In this document: positions 10,698-20,375 of the stretch, in pieces
Numbering within the stretch: position 1 is the stretch's first letter
How the letters are laid out: every line of letters starts with the position of its first letter
Source of the DNA: a virus
IMG/VR virus record: IMGVR_UViG_3300014835_000071
Location: 27,338-91,337 of that record
Strand: one strand, 5' to 3'
Length of the DNA stretch: 64,000 bases
The notes under the pieces: model-generated
What the model was told of the DNA's origin: nothing
The model's input: the letters and a program-made list of their open reading frames with translations, nothing else
Databases searched by the model: none
Position numbers and translations under genes: made by a program

Positions 10698-13600
10698 CAG
10701 GTCAATATACAAAAATAATAGCAGTTGATTATAATACCATTCAGCAAAATATTGCAGCAGTATTGGGGGTCGGTGGAACTAATCCATTGACCAATGCTAC
10801 TGATGCCACTTTTGGATATAATCAATCAGTATTAAGTAGTCAGGTTACCGTCAATGCAAAAATGTCAAGTAATCAATGGAGTAATTTACGTACCGATATA
10901 CTAAAAGCTCGTCAACATCAGACTGGATTAAGTGAAACATTGGTAGATCCAACAGTTTCTGAAAAAATAACAGAAGCTAATAGATATGCTTATGGCTCCA
11001 TGACAAACCTGGCAATTAGCGATAGGACAGTTACTCCACCTAGTAGCCAATCGACACTCGATACAATTGCCACCGGTACGATAACTACTAGTTGGAATAA
11101 TACAAATGTCCATACAGTAACTATGAATTTTACAGATGCAAACGCTATTAAATACTTTTTTAATACCGGCGGCGCTATTAAATTTTCAGCTAGTAGGATT
11201 GGCGGTACTGTCAGTCCCAAGAATAGTTCGTGGACATCTATGTTGTCAGATATGGGCATTATCAGTTTACAAAGATTAGTCACAACAGCTTCCGGTTTTG
11301 GAACTTCATACGCAGTCGGTGGATCATCACTGACTACTACCGATACTCCGATATTTCAAAAATATTCAGATACCGTGACTTACTCAGCTAACTTATATAA
11401 AATTTCTGCTAAAATTACCGCAATACCTGGACAACTTGTATTCACTATCAATTTTTCAGATCTCTCAGGTAATCCAAATGGCATTTATGGATATGATGAA
11501 AATATTGATGGAACTTTAACTAGTATCGTACAAGTATATCGTGCAAGTGGTAATAATGTATCAATAACTGCACCAACATTAGTTTCCTCAACTTTCCCAG
11601 TTGGCGCTGTGGTGATCCCACAAGAGATATATTTTGCAACACTTACTAGTGATTACTCAATTACAACTCAGATAAATGAAGGTATTAATATCGCAACTGT
11701 TAATGTGACTACCATTAATGTTGCCGATAGGACAATGTATTGGAGTACAAATGCAGTAACTGGTACCATTACTACAGCTGATTTTCTTGCCCTTGACACG
11801 TTAACTGCCAAGACAACGACTGGTAATAACACAACTGGCAGTTTTTCAATCATTAATGGGATTGGATCATTCATTATTCGGGCAAATGCTGATTTATTTA
11901 CTGAAGGAAGCGAATCATTTACTATCACGATTCGCAATACCTCAACTACCGGTGGTGTAGCATATACGACACCATCAATGATTATAAATGACACATCTAC
12001 TACCCCACCACCGGAATATAGTACACTATATTCCGATTCATATGTCATTAATGAAGGAAATAGTGTTACATTGACGTTGACTACCTTATACGTAACTGAC
12101 AATACAACACTATACTGGACTACTAATACAATTACCGGTAATCTAACCACTGCTGATTTCATTGCGAATGCCAATACGACAGTAAATGATAATACTAGTG
12201 GCAGTTTTAAAGTCACTGGCAATACTGGTACCATTCTACTGACATTGGCAAATGACGTGACCACTGAAGGAAGCGACTCATTTACCATTACGATACGCAC
12301 TGGTTCCGTAAGTGGACCAGGTGTAATAACATTGCAGAATGTCATCACGGTAAATGATACTTCACTTGCGCCAGTTTACAAGATCGCCAATTCGTATTCA
12401 TTTAATGAAGGAACCAGCATAACATTCACTATTTCAACTACTAATGTACCAACTGGTACTAATTTGTATTGGTCAATTTTTGGTGATACACCTTTTGCTG
12501 CTGATTTATCAGCTGGAACTGGTGCAGGTGGTGCACAAGGTGGAACTGGTACATTTACGATAAGTGGTAATACTGGTGGGTTTTCTCTATGGGCAATTGC
12601 TGATTTTTTAACAGAAGGAGCGGAAACTTTTTATGTATATATACGTACCGGTTCAATTACTGGCTCAATTGTATTAACTTCAGCAGCTATTACTATAGGT
12701 GATACTTCTCGTTTCCCATTATACAATAGTGTGACACCCTTAGTGAATAACTTTAATGAAGGGACATCCATAACAGTGACAGTATCAACCACTGATGTCC
12801 CAAATGGTACTGTTTTATATTGGACAATTGCCGGGGTTGGTATTTCATCTACCGATTTATCACAAGGTGCGTCTGGTTCTTTTTCAATAAGTAACGATAC
12901 TGCCAGTTTTACCCTGTCGGCAGTTGCTGATTATTTTACTGAAGGTGCGGAAACTTTTATTGTATCTATACGAACCGGATCAGTTTCTGGTACAGTTGTA
13001 AAACAGACAACGGCAATTACCATAAATGATACGTCAACAACGACTAATGAAGTAGTGTCATACGCGCCCACCGCATTAAACACTGGTGCAACTTCATGGT
13101 CGATATACGGTGGCCGACCTGGTGATACTGGAACGGTAACTTATACAGGTGTGACAAATCATACCGTTGTCTTTCCGTTAAATTCGTCAGGAGCTTACGA
13201 TGGTACCGTGGGTGTAACGGCTGGTGTGACTGGGAATATGTATGCATCGGTGTATTTTGCAGCGACTGGACATACTTCTCAGACATTTTCTATCTATTGG
13301 TATAATGAAAGTTTTTTAGTGCAAAGTCAACCAGCTGCAGTTACCTACGGGACAGCTGTCCCATATGTAATCAGCAAAGGCATACCAAATGAAACATATA
13401 CGATACGTGACCAAGCAAATAATGTATTAGTATCTGCCAGGTTGGATTCATCTGGACAGATTCCAGGAGCATACGTGACAATTGGGTATGGTAATGTGTA
13501 TGGCGTCTACACATTAACTGCGCTATTTGGTTCTGGACAATATAGATCAGGCACTATTACCGTATTGCAACCGATAACCATCAGTAGAATAGATGTTGCC

Positions 13601-14143
13601 GGTGCGTCGCGCGTACTGGAAAGTGCTAGTGCTGCCACTACTTTCACCTATACAGTCTATGGTGGTATCGGACAGACTGTTACATTCTCAGGCATCGTTG
13701 GTACTGGCTCCTCGCTAATTGCTACTAGTCCACAACAATTCAATCGAACTTTTAGCAGTTTATCAGCTAAGACATATCCGATTACTGTCACTTGCACTGG
13801 AACAACTGTCACCAGCGTATTGTCGTTTACTTGCTACGCAACTGTATTAGTTACTTGTCAACGTACCGGTACTAATGAAGGATTGTGGAGTGATTGGTGG
13901 ACTATAACTGTTTATGGAGGTGTCGAAAATGCCAACTTAGGGATTCATTTATACGGTCAATCTTACTCACCCAGCGTACCTACTAAGGACTTACTGGGTT
14001 TTGGTATTTATTCGGGTTCTACTGGATATTTTACTTATACACACCAGTATTTTAACTCAACCAATACAGCGATTGGCAATTACAATTACGTCATGACTGA
14101 TCCAGCTTTTGGCGTGTCGGCTTATTTTACTATAACGGGATAA
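10694..14143 (+). CDS. Second large Calx-beta-like repeat fibre/adhesin protein (paralog of 6636-10697)
   Basis: Start reassigned from 10580 to ATG 10694 (ATGA overlap; MTGQY aligns with MPGQL of the paralog); 1149 aa; four (I/F)NEG...LYW...TEG.(E/D).F repeats; very Thr rich. Confidence 0.75.
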   Translation: MTGQYTKIIAVDYNTIQQNIAAVLGVGGTNPLTNATDATFGYNQSVLSSQVTVNAKMSSNQWSNLRTDILKARQHQTGLSETLVDPTVSEKITEANRYAYGSMTNLAISDRTVTPPSSQSTLDTIATGTITTSWNNTNVHTVTMNFTDANAIKYFFNTGGAIKFSASRIGGTVSPKNSSWTSMLSDMGIISLQRLVTTASGFGTSYAVGGSSLTTTDTPIFQKYSDTVTYSANLYKISAKITAIPGQLVFTINFSDLSGNPNGIYGYDENIDGTLTSIVQVYRASGNNVSITAPTLVSSTFPVGAVVIPQEIYFATLTSDYSITTQINEGINIATVNVTTINVADRTMYWSTNAVTGTITTADFLALDTLTAKTTTGNNTTGSFSIINGIGSFIIRANADLFTEGSESFTITIRNTSTTGGVAYTTPSMIINDTSTTPPPEYSTLYSDSYVINEGNSVTLTLTTLYVTDNTTLYWTTNTITGNLTTADFIANANTTVNDNTSGSFKVTGNTGTILLTLANDVTTEGSDSFTITIRTGSVSGPGVITLQNVITVNDTSLAPVYKIANSYSFNEGTSITFTISTTNVPTGTNLYWSIFGDTPFAADLSAGTGAGGAQGGTGTFTISGNTGGFSLWAIADFLTEGAETFYVYIRTGSITGSIVLTSAAITIGDTSRFPLYNSVTPLVNNFNEGTSITVTVSTTDVPNGTVLYWTIAGVGISSTDLSQGASGSFSISNDTASFTLSAVADYFTEGAETFIVSIRTGSVSGTVVKQTTAITINDTSTTTNEVVSYAPTALNTGATSWSIYGGRPGDTGTVTYTGVTNHTVVFPLNSSGAYDGTVGVTAGVTGNMYASVYFAATGHTSQTFSIYWYNESFLVQSQPAAVTYGTAVPYVISKGIPNETYTIRDQANNVLVSARLDSSGQIPGAYVTIGYGNVYGVYTLTALFGSGQYRSGTITVLQPITISRIDVAGASRVLESASAATTFTYTVYGGIGQTVTFSGIVGTGSSLIATSPQQFNRTFSSLSAKTYPITVTCTGTTVTSVLSFTCYATVLVTCQRTGTNEGLWSDWWTITVYGGVENANLGIHLYGQSYSPSVPTKDLLGFGIYSGSTGYFTYTHQYFNSTNTAIGNYNYVMTDPAFGVSAYFTITG

Positions 14144-14493
14144 TGAATATTAAAATAGAAAAAGCATTTGAAGTAGTTAATTACATGGCTACATTATCTA
14201 ATCAACGTAGAATAATATTAGAAGAATTAACTCAAGAATTGTCGTATTATATTAATGGTGCGACTTTTCAAATTAATCCAACCTTGATATCCTTTACCAA
14301 AATCACGTTAGAGATGGGCCAAACTCACCATGTAATCTTCATTGATGAGAATAATTTACCAATTATGATACCAGACGTTCAGCTTTTCTTAAATGAAATA
14401 TTCACAATCTATACTACTGCATTGACTAAATATTCAAATAAATATAAGGAAATTGTCATGAAACGACAAATTGCCAATTTAGTTGATGTATGA
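14143..14493 (+). CDS. Hypothetical protein (possible fibre assembly factor)
   Basis: 116 aa; TAATG coupling to the upstream fibre gene; no recognisable catalytic motif. Confidence 0.7.
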   Translation: MNIKIEKAFEVVNYMATLSNQRRIILEELTQELSYYINGATFQINPTLISFTKITLEMGQTHHVIFIDENNLPIMIPDVQLFLNEIFTIYTTALTKYSNKYKEIVMKRQIANLVDV

Positions 14494-15335
14494 TAGGTGG
14501 GTTAATATTCGCACAAAATAATTCAAATATCAATTATGTAAAATTAGCAGTATTTGCCGCTAGTAGAATTCATCAATATTTAAAAATCCCAGTTTCATTG
14601 GTTACTGATAGTCAAACATGGGTATTGGATAATTATCCAAATCATGGTTTTGATAAAATTATCGAATTATCCCATGATGAACCGATTCAATATCGGCATT
14701 TTTATGATGGCTCAATGGATTCAGTTGCTTCAGAATGGAAAAATTTATCAAGACATCAAGTGTATGATTTAAGCCCGTATGAATACACATTAGTGATAGA
14801 CAGTGATTATATCATCAATTCTTCCGTATTATCAAACGCATTTAATCGACCATATGATTTACAGATATATAAGCAAAGCATTGACTTAGCTGGCTGGCGA
14901 ACTTCACCTGAATTTACTAGGATTAATCAGTATTCAATTCCTTTTTACTGGGCTACGGTATTCTTCTTTCGTAAAACGCCAACGATGAAAGCATTTTTTG
15001 ATTTAATCACCTATGTGAAGGATAATTGGCAATATTTTAGGATATTGTACAATATTGAATCGACCTTGTTCAGGAATGATTTTGCTTTTAGTATAGTGAT
15101 ACATATGATGAATGGGAAAACTGCCGGGGAATTTGGGACAGAATTGCCAGGTAAAATGAGTTACTGCACTGATAAGGATTTATTGATTAAAATGAGCAAT
15201 GATAAGATGCAATTATTATTGGAAAAAGAAGGGGTGATAGGTGAATATACCGTTGCCAAAACAACTGGCATCGATGTGCATTTCATGAATAAAGCAAGTT
15301 TAATTAGATGTATCGATGGTGCTAATGAGTACTAA
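14490..15335 (+). CDS. Putative GT-A fold glycosyltransferase (GT8-like)
   Basis: 281 aa; N-terminal beta-strand/helix then SL.TD, YEYTLVIDSDY (DxD motif), ATVFFF, RNDFAFSI; GT8-type order of motifs. Confidence 0.65.
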   Translation: MIGGLIFAQNNSNINYVKLAVFAASRIHQYLKIPVSLVTDSQTWVLDNYPNHGFDKIIELSHDEPIQYRHFYDGSMDSVASEWKNLSRHQVYDLSPYEYTLVIDSDYIINSSVLSNAFNRPYDLQIYKQSIDLAGWRTSPEFTRINQYSIPFYWATVFFFRKTPTMKAFFDLITYVKDNWQYFRILYNIESTLFRNDFAFSIVIHMMNGKTAGEFGTELPGKMSYCTDKDLLIKMSNDKMQLLLEKEGVIGEYTVAKTTGIDVHFMNKASLIRCIDGANEY

Positions 15336-16170
15336 AGGATTTGTGGTAGTTGCGCAAAATAATAACACGGTAGATTACATTAAACAGGCATATGCGCTGG
15401 CATTATCTATCCGGTATAGTCAAAAAGTTGAGCAATCAATATCAATTATTACAAATGATACAATTCCACTTCAATACCGTGCTATTTTTGATAAAATAAT
15501 TTCCATTCCTGGCGAAGACATGGCAGTGAATGCTAATTGGAAGGTTGAAAATCGCTGGAAAATATACCAAGCCACTCCTTATGATGAAACTATCGTTTTA
15601 GATACTGATATGCTCTTATTGGAGGATATCGATGCGTGGTGGAGGTATTGTGACAAATATGAACTTCATTTTTGTTCAAGGATAAAGAATTATAAGGCAG
15701 AAACAATAATTGATACCTATCATCGAAAAACATTCATTGCCAACAATTTAACCAATCCATATTTCGCATTGCATTATTTTAAAAAGTCCACTATTGCTTA
15801 TAATTTTTATAAAGTATTGGAATTTGTGACCAAGAATTGGCAACAATGCCATTCAATAATGGCACCAGTGCACCCACAAACTTGGTTAAGCATGGATCTA
15901 GCTACTGCCATAGCTATTGAGATTATGGGCTTACAAGATACCGCACTGAGTAAAAATTCCCCAATGGAATTCATTCATATGAAGCCAGGTATCCAAGGAT
16001 GGACATCTGTTCCAACTTCATGGCAGGACGCAGTGTCGCACGTATTGACTAATAAGGGTGAATTGATTGTCAGTAATATAAAACAACACAAGATTTTTCA
16101 TTACGTGGAAAAAAACTTTATCACTGATGATATGCTAGTCACATTGAGGGCATTGGTAAATGACAATTGA
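15325..16170 (+). CDS. Putative GT-A fold glycosyltransferase (GT8-like), paralog of upstream gene
   Basis: Start taken as ATG 15325 (MSTKGF); 281 aa; YDETIVLDTDML (DxD) and MDLATAIA aligned with upstream paralog; FIHMK near the end. Confidence 0.65.
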   Translation: MSTKGFVVVAQNNNTVDYIKQAYALALSIRYSQKVEQSISIITNDTIPLQYRAIFDKIISIPGEDMAVNANWKVENRWKIYQATPYDETIVLDTDMLLLEDIDAWWRYCDKYELHFCSRIKNYKAETIIDTYHRKTFIANNLTNPYFALHYFKKSTIAYNFYKVLEFVTKNWQQCHSIMAPVHPQTWLSMDLATAIAIEIMGLQDTALSKNSPMEFIHMKPGIQGWTSVPTSWQDAVSHVLTNKGELIVSNIKQHKIFHYVEKNFITDDMLVTLRALVNDN

Positions 16171-16735
16171 ATGCGTACCTGTTTACTACGCTTATTATGA
16201 CCCGATAATTGGTAATATATTATCGATCACCAATGAGTGTCATGCTATTCATAAACATTGTATATCTATTTCATATGAGGACTTTGACCGGTTTGTATCT
16301 GGCAGATCTATCGTAAGTAATTATCGAATTGGATATGTAAATGAATCAGTTAACAAAACGACATTGTCAATAATTCTACAAACTGAATCATATGTGATTA
16401 AACATAAGATGTGCGAATTGATTACCGGAAAGGTATCCAGTGATACTGAATTAGTAATCACCTGGGATGGATTTCATAAATATTGGAAAATATCATTGAG
16501 TGAATCGTGTAAGGCTAGGTTAAAGTTGAATCAAATACCGGTCAATTTTATATTCTACATAATGAACCGAAATGATTTTAATTTCTTAATAAGAACCATT
16601 TCAATACCTTCAATTGAGTTATTTATGAATTCCGTTGTTGTAAATTTTGCGAGTGACTATGAAACAGATATCAATAAGATTTACCCATCTTCTAAGTTAT
16701 TTTTTGAATCAACTGGCCTAATCATCAATGAATAA
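16160..16735 (+). CDS. Hypothetical protein in glycosyltransferase cassette
   Basis: 191 aa; overlaps both neighbours by a few bases. Confidence 0.7.
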   Translation: MTIECVPVYYAYYDPIIGNILSITNECHAIHKHCISISYEDFDRFVSGRSIVSNYRIGYVNESVNKTTLSIILQTESYVIKHKMCELITGKVSSDTELVITWDGFHKYWKISLSESCKARLKLNQIPVNFIFYIMNRNDFNFLIRTISIPSIELFMNSVVVNFASDYETDINKIYPSSKLFFESTGLIINE

Positions 16736-17621
16736 TATAATCAAAATAATAGAACAAGATGTAATATTTTTAAGCTACGATGAACCAAATGCCGAACAGA
16801 ATTATGCTGATTTATTACGCAAAGTGCCGTGGGCAAAACGTGTACATGGCATTGGTGGTAGCGATACCGCTCATAAAGCATGTGCTGCGTTAAGTGACAC
16901 TGAATATTTCGTAACAGTTGATGCTGATAATTTAATCAATTCAGCATTTTTGCAAGTTGGGATAGATTTGGTTAAGCTTGGTTTGACACAAGCTAATGTA
17001 TTCAGTTGGTGCGGTAGAGTGCATGTGAATGGCTTGATGTATGGCAATGGTGGATTAAAATTATGGACTAGGCAGTTTGTGAATAATATGCGAACACATG
17101 AAAATGCCAACTTGTCCAACGCCGAAAGTTTAATTGAATTTTGTTTCGATGAGAACTACCATAGACTTAACGAAAGTTATAGCGAAAGTTTCACCAATGC
17201 TACACCACTGCAAGCATGGAGAGCTGGCTTTCGTGAGGGAGTAAAGCTATCGTTGTCAAATGGTGTTAAAGTATCAGATTTGACAATGAATTGGCGTAGA
17301 AACAATGATCGATTGCTAGTATGGTGCAATGTGGGCAGTGATGTGACAAATGGCTTATGGTCTATATTGGGTGCCAGGGAAGGTTGTTATAAAACAATGT
17401 GCACTGATTGGGATCACACACAAGTTAGGGATTTTAATTGGCTTAATACGTATTGGCGAGAAAATCTCAGTCAATATAATGATGAATTATTAAAATTCCA
17501 TATTGACCAATATGGAAATAACTTAACTACTCGGTGTGGGTTAGTTATGAGTGTATTAGATGCGAGTGGTTCAACCTTTTTTAAACGAGTCTATAACAAC
17601 GCCACTAGAACTTTTCGATAA
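16728..17621 (+). CDS. Putative GT-A fold glycosyltransferase (GT2-like)
   Basis: 297 aa; VIFLSYDE start, H...A..S.TEYFVTVDADN (DxD motif), YGNGGLKLW, AWRAGFRE. Confidence 0.5.
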   Translation: MNNIIKIIEQDVIFLSYDEPNAEQNYADLLRKVPWAKRVHGIGGSDTAHKACAALSDTEYFVTVDADNLINSAFLQVGIDLVKLGLTQANVFSWCGRVHVNGLMYGNGGLKLWTRQFVNNMRTHENANLSNAESLIEFCFDENYHRLNESYSESFTNATPLQAWRAGFREGVKLSLSNGVKVSDLTMNWRRNNDRLLVWCNVGSDVTNGLWSILGAREGCYKTMCTDWDHTQVRDFNWLNTYWRENLSQYNDELLKFHIDQYGNNLTTRCGLVMSVLDASGSTFFKRVYNNATRTFR

Positions 17622-17625
17622 GAAA

Positions 17626-17656
17626 TAATGGAAGAGAGTTTAACTCTCTTCCATTA
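17626..17656. terminator. Hairpin terminator between convergent transcription units
   Basis: Perfect 14-bp inverted repeat taatggaagagagt-tta-actctcttccatta between + stop 17621 and - stop 17663; U-rich tail on the - strand. Confidence 0.8.
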
Positions 17657-17662
17657 CATTAG

Positions 17663-17980
17663 CTAGTTATTGATTTTTGATAGCATCTTTTTTACAGCTT
17701 TTTCAACAACTTTTTTAACTTTACGCGTGTTTATTTTAACATCGACATCACGGATTTCCTTTCGGTATGAATAAATTAATTCATCAACGCCAGATTCAAA
17801 CTCGACTAACTGTTTGCTACGGCGTGGTGGTATTGGTATTATCCAAGATTTACCATTTTTAAAGGTCAATGCTATGTGTTCAATATATGCCAGTGGTAAT
17901 ACGGTTAGTATCATATCACTGAATATGTCATCCCATCCATCGGTGACGGTATTAATTGCTATCGAGTTCAACTTTAGCAT
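17663..17980 (-). CDS. Hypothetical protein, basic C-terminus
   Basis: 105 aa ORF in a continuous - strand gene run. Confidence 0.65.
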   Translation of the reverse strand: MLKLNSIAINTVTDGWDDIFSDMILTVLPLAYIEHIALTFKNGKSWIIPIPPRRSKQLVEFESGVDELIYSYRKEIRDVDVKINTRKVKKVVEKAVKKMLSKINN

Positions 17981-18536
17981 TTGTCTTTTTAGTAATAGTT
18001 GGTACTAATTCTTCAGCCATTCGTCTAAAAACTGCTGCTTCTTTTGACAATCTATCGGCATCTGAACGATATTTTTTAGCTTGCTCATCTGGCGTTAGTG
18101 CCACCGCTGCCTCTGGTACAATAACATCTTTAGCCACTGCATCAATTTTAGATGATTGGATAGCCAATTCATCAACTGGAATTCCTTGTTGATCAGCAAT
18201 GATCTGATTAAGTTCAGATAATACGATTGATGTAGAATTAGTTGGTAAAATTTCCACTTGGTTAGTTGGAATTTTAACTAATCTGCCTTGACTGTGTAAT
18301 GCTGGTAACATTCGACTGCCATCTGGAAATTGTGTACGATCTAAGGCTTCAGCAAACTCATTGGATGTTTGGCCAGCATTGCTCTCTACTAAATTGATAA
18401 GAGCATCATGATAGCTATCTGGTAAATTTTCAGTTGGAACTACTAAGCAACTATAAGCATCACCCGGTAAAGTTCGGTACGCAATTAGACATTTCTTACC
18501 AGTGGCAATTACCCGACCTACGTGCTTAAGTTCCAT
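17952..18536 (-). CDS. Hypothetical phage protein
   Basis: 194 aa; coupled to neighbours; C-terminal helical/coiled-coil tail. Confidence 0.8.
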   Translation of the reverse strand: MELKHVGRVIATGKKCLIAYRTLPGDAYSCLVVPTENLPDSYHDALINLVESNAGQTSNEFAEALDRTQFPDGSRMLPALHSQGRLVKIPTNQVEILPTNSTSIVLSELNQIIADQQGIPVDELAIQSSKIDAVAKDVIVPEAAVALTPDEQAKKYRSDADRLSKEAAVFRRMAEELVPTITKKTNAKVELDSN

Positions 18537-18775
18537 TAGACAGTGCCTGCTGCGTCTGCTTGTTTTGCGATCATTTCCAGAAAAGCAGCTAACTTGGTAT
18601 ATGTTTGACCAACCGCAATCATTTCAGTTGGTTTAAAAGCACCTCGTGAGCTAGCGATATCAATAATAGTCTTCAATGAATTCAGATCATTGATGGTAAG
18701 ATCAGGCGGTTGGGTACCAGTTGCTACTGTTTCTTCGGTTGCTGTAGTTTCGGTAGTTGTAGTTGATTTAGTCAT
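18536..18775 (-). CDS. Hypothetical protein
   Basis: 79 aa; strong AGGAG RBS upstream. Confidence 0.8.
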   Translation of the reverse strand: MTKSTTTTETTATEETVATGTQPPDLTINDLNSLKTIIDIASSRGAFKPTEMIAVGQTYTKLAAFLEMIAKQADAAGTV

Positions 18776-18811
18776 ATTATCTCCTTTTGAATTATAACTG
18801 TTATATTGTAC

Positions 18812-19102
18812 TTATCTTTCGTGAATATATGGACATGACATTATGAAAACTGAAACATCTCGGGGACTTTCAAATCCTATGTTGGTATTATATACTACAG
18901 AACCATAATTGTCAAGTGTTATTAATGGTCCAACGTAATATCTATTATTTAAGTTAGCTAGAATCCACTCATTGATACGTGAGCATAACTCTGGCATATA
19001 TTTAAACTGAATAGTAACATATTTAAAATGTGGACAAGCATAAAATACTCGCCGTAATTTAAAATAATTTAATGGGTTGGGTTTACTATGTTTAAGTGCC
19101 AT
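18812..19102 (-). CDS. Hypothetical protein
   Basis: 96 aa ORF filling the gap in the - strand run. Confidence 0.7.
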   Translation of the reverse strand: MALKHSKPNPLNYFKLRRVFYACPHFKYVTIQFKYMPELCSRINEWILANLNNRYYVGPLITLDNYGSVVYNTNIGFESPRDVSVFIMSCPYIHER

Positions 19103-19120
19103 ATTTCTTTTTTAATTAGG

Positions 19121-20314
19121 TTATTCGTAATAACAAGTGGTACCAAATGGTGCAGAAATAGTGGTTGAGCCATGAATGACAAATATGGTATCGCAATAAT
19201 CTGGATCACCCCACGCACCACATGGAAAGCCATCTGTAAATATTATTAATTTTTGTGGAATTATATCCTGTTCTTTCATATACGACCAATTAACAGTAAA
19301 ATCAGTACCACCTCCGCCAATGGGTTGGTATTGGTCAAAATCACTTATATTATATTGGTCAAAATCCTGTTCATTGTAGACAGCAGTGTCAAAGCACCAA
19401 ACTTTAATCTGGAAGGTCTGGTATTCTTCCATTATGCCTTTGATTTCACTTATGAAATCAAGCGCCTGGTCATTAGTGATAGAACCAGACATGTCAATGC
19501 TCACGCAAATGTCAATTGTATCTTGTAGTTTATTGCCTGGTAAATTTGCGGATAAATGCCAGCTTTTTCTATTTGGACGCATCCATGAATAGTCATTTGA
19601 GACAGTACTTTGGATTTGTTGTTGTAAAATAGATCGCCAATCCATAGTTGGTGAAATTAACGCTTGAATAATCCGTTGGATACTAGCGGGTGTTTCAGTA
19701 TTGCCAACCGCTGTCGCTGCCGCCATGATTGCCTCTGTTACTTCACTTCTAATTTGTCGTAATTCTTCAGCGGTGTATACCGGCTGCCCATTGGCTGTGT
19801 GCATTTCAGACGTGCCATCGGGTAGTTCCCAATCAATATGCTGATCTAACATATCACCGAGTTGATCTAACATGTCATCGTCATGCTCTTTTAAAATATC
19901 GTAGACTTCCTCGGCACTCATTCCATAGTAATTGGTATCATGTAGTAAATCAATTCCATCAATATTCCAATCTCCTATTTTATCACGAATTAATTGGCCA
20001 TTAACACAGAAATCAGCCGCGTAATTAAATATCTTGCTGATGCGACCTTCTAATCTACCCATGTGATCAAACGCATTATGCAAAATTTCATGTGCTAGTA
20101 CAAATTGAATTTGTGGCACTGATAATTTAGCAAAGAAATTTTGATTAAAGAAAATAGTGCGGCCATCAGTTGCCGCAGAATCACACCAATTGCTGCCATC
20201 CTTAATGATTAATCTAGCTGCCAAATTACCAAAGAATGGATGTTTCAATAATAAGCCAACCCTAGCTATTACTATGTTATCAATGATTGCGGTAAGTTGT
20301 TGAGAAGAGGACAT
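19121..20314 (-). CDS. HExxH metallopeptidase-like + VWA domain protein (DUF2201-type), MoxR partner
   Basis: 397 aa; AATDG and LAHEILHNAFDH (HExxH) in N-half; MIDAS elements DMSGS, GGGTDF and IFTDG in C-half. Confidence 0.9.
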   Translation of the reverse strand: MSSSQQLTAIIDNIVIARVGLLLKHPFFGNLAARLIIKDGSNWCDSAATDGRTIFFNQNFFAKLSVPQIQFVLAHEILHNAFDHMGRLEGRISKIFNYAADFCVNGQLIRDKIGDWNIDGIDLLHDTNYYGMSAEEVYDILKEHDDDMLDQLGDMLDQHIDWELPDGTSEMHTANGQPVYTAEELRQIRSEVTEAIMAAATAVGNTETPASIQRIIQALISPTMDWRSILQQQIQSTVSNDYSWMRPNRKSWHLSANLPGNKLQDTIDICVSIDMSGSITNDQALDFISEIKGIMEEYQTFQIKVWCFDTAVYNEQDFDQYNISDFDQYQPIGGGGTDFTVNWSYMKEQDIIPQKLIIFTDGFPCGAWGDPDYCDTIFVIHGSTTISAPFGTTCYYE

Positions 20315-20375
20315 AATTATTCCTATTATATTGATAACGTGGTGATGACCATGATAGCCATCACCGATTGTGTGG

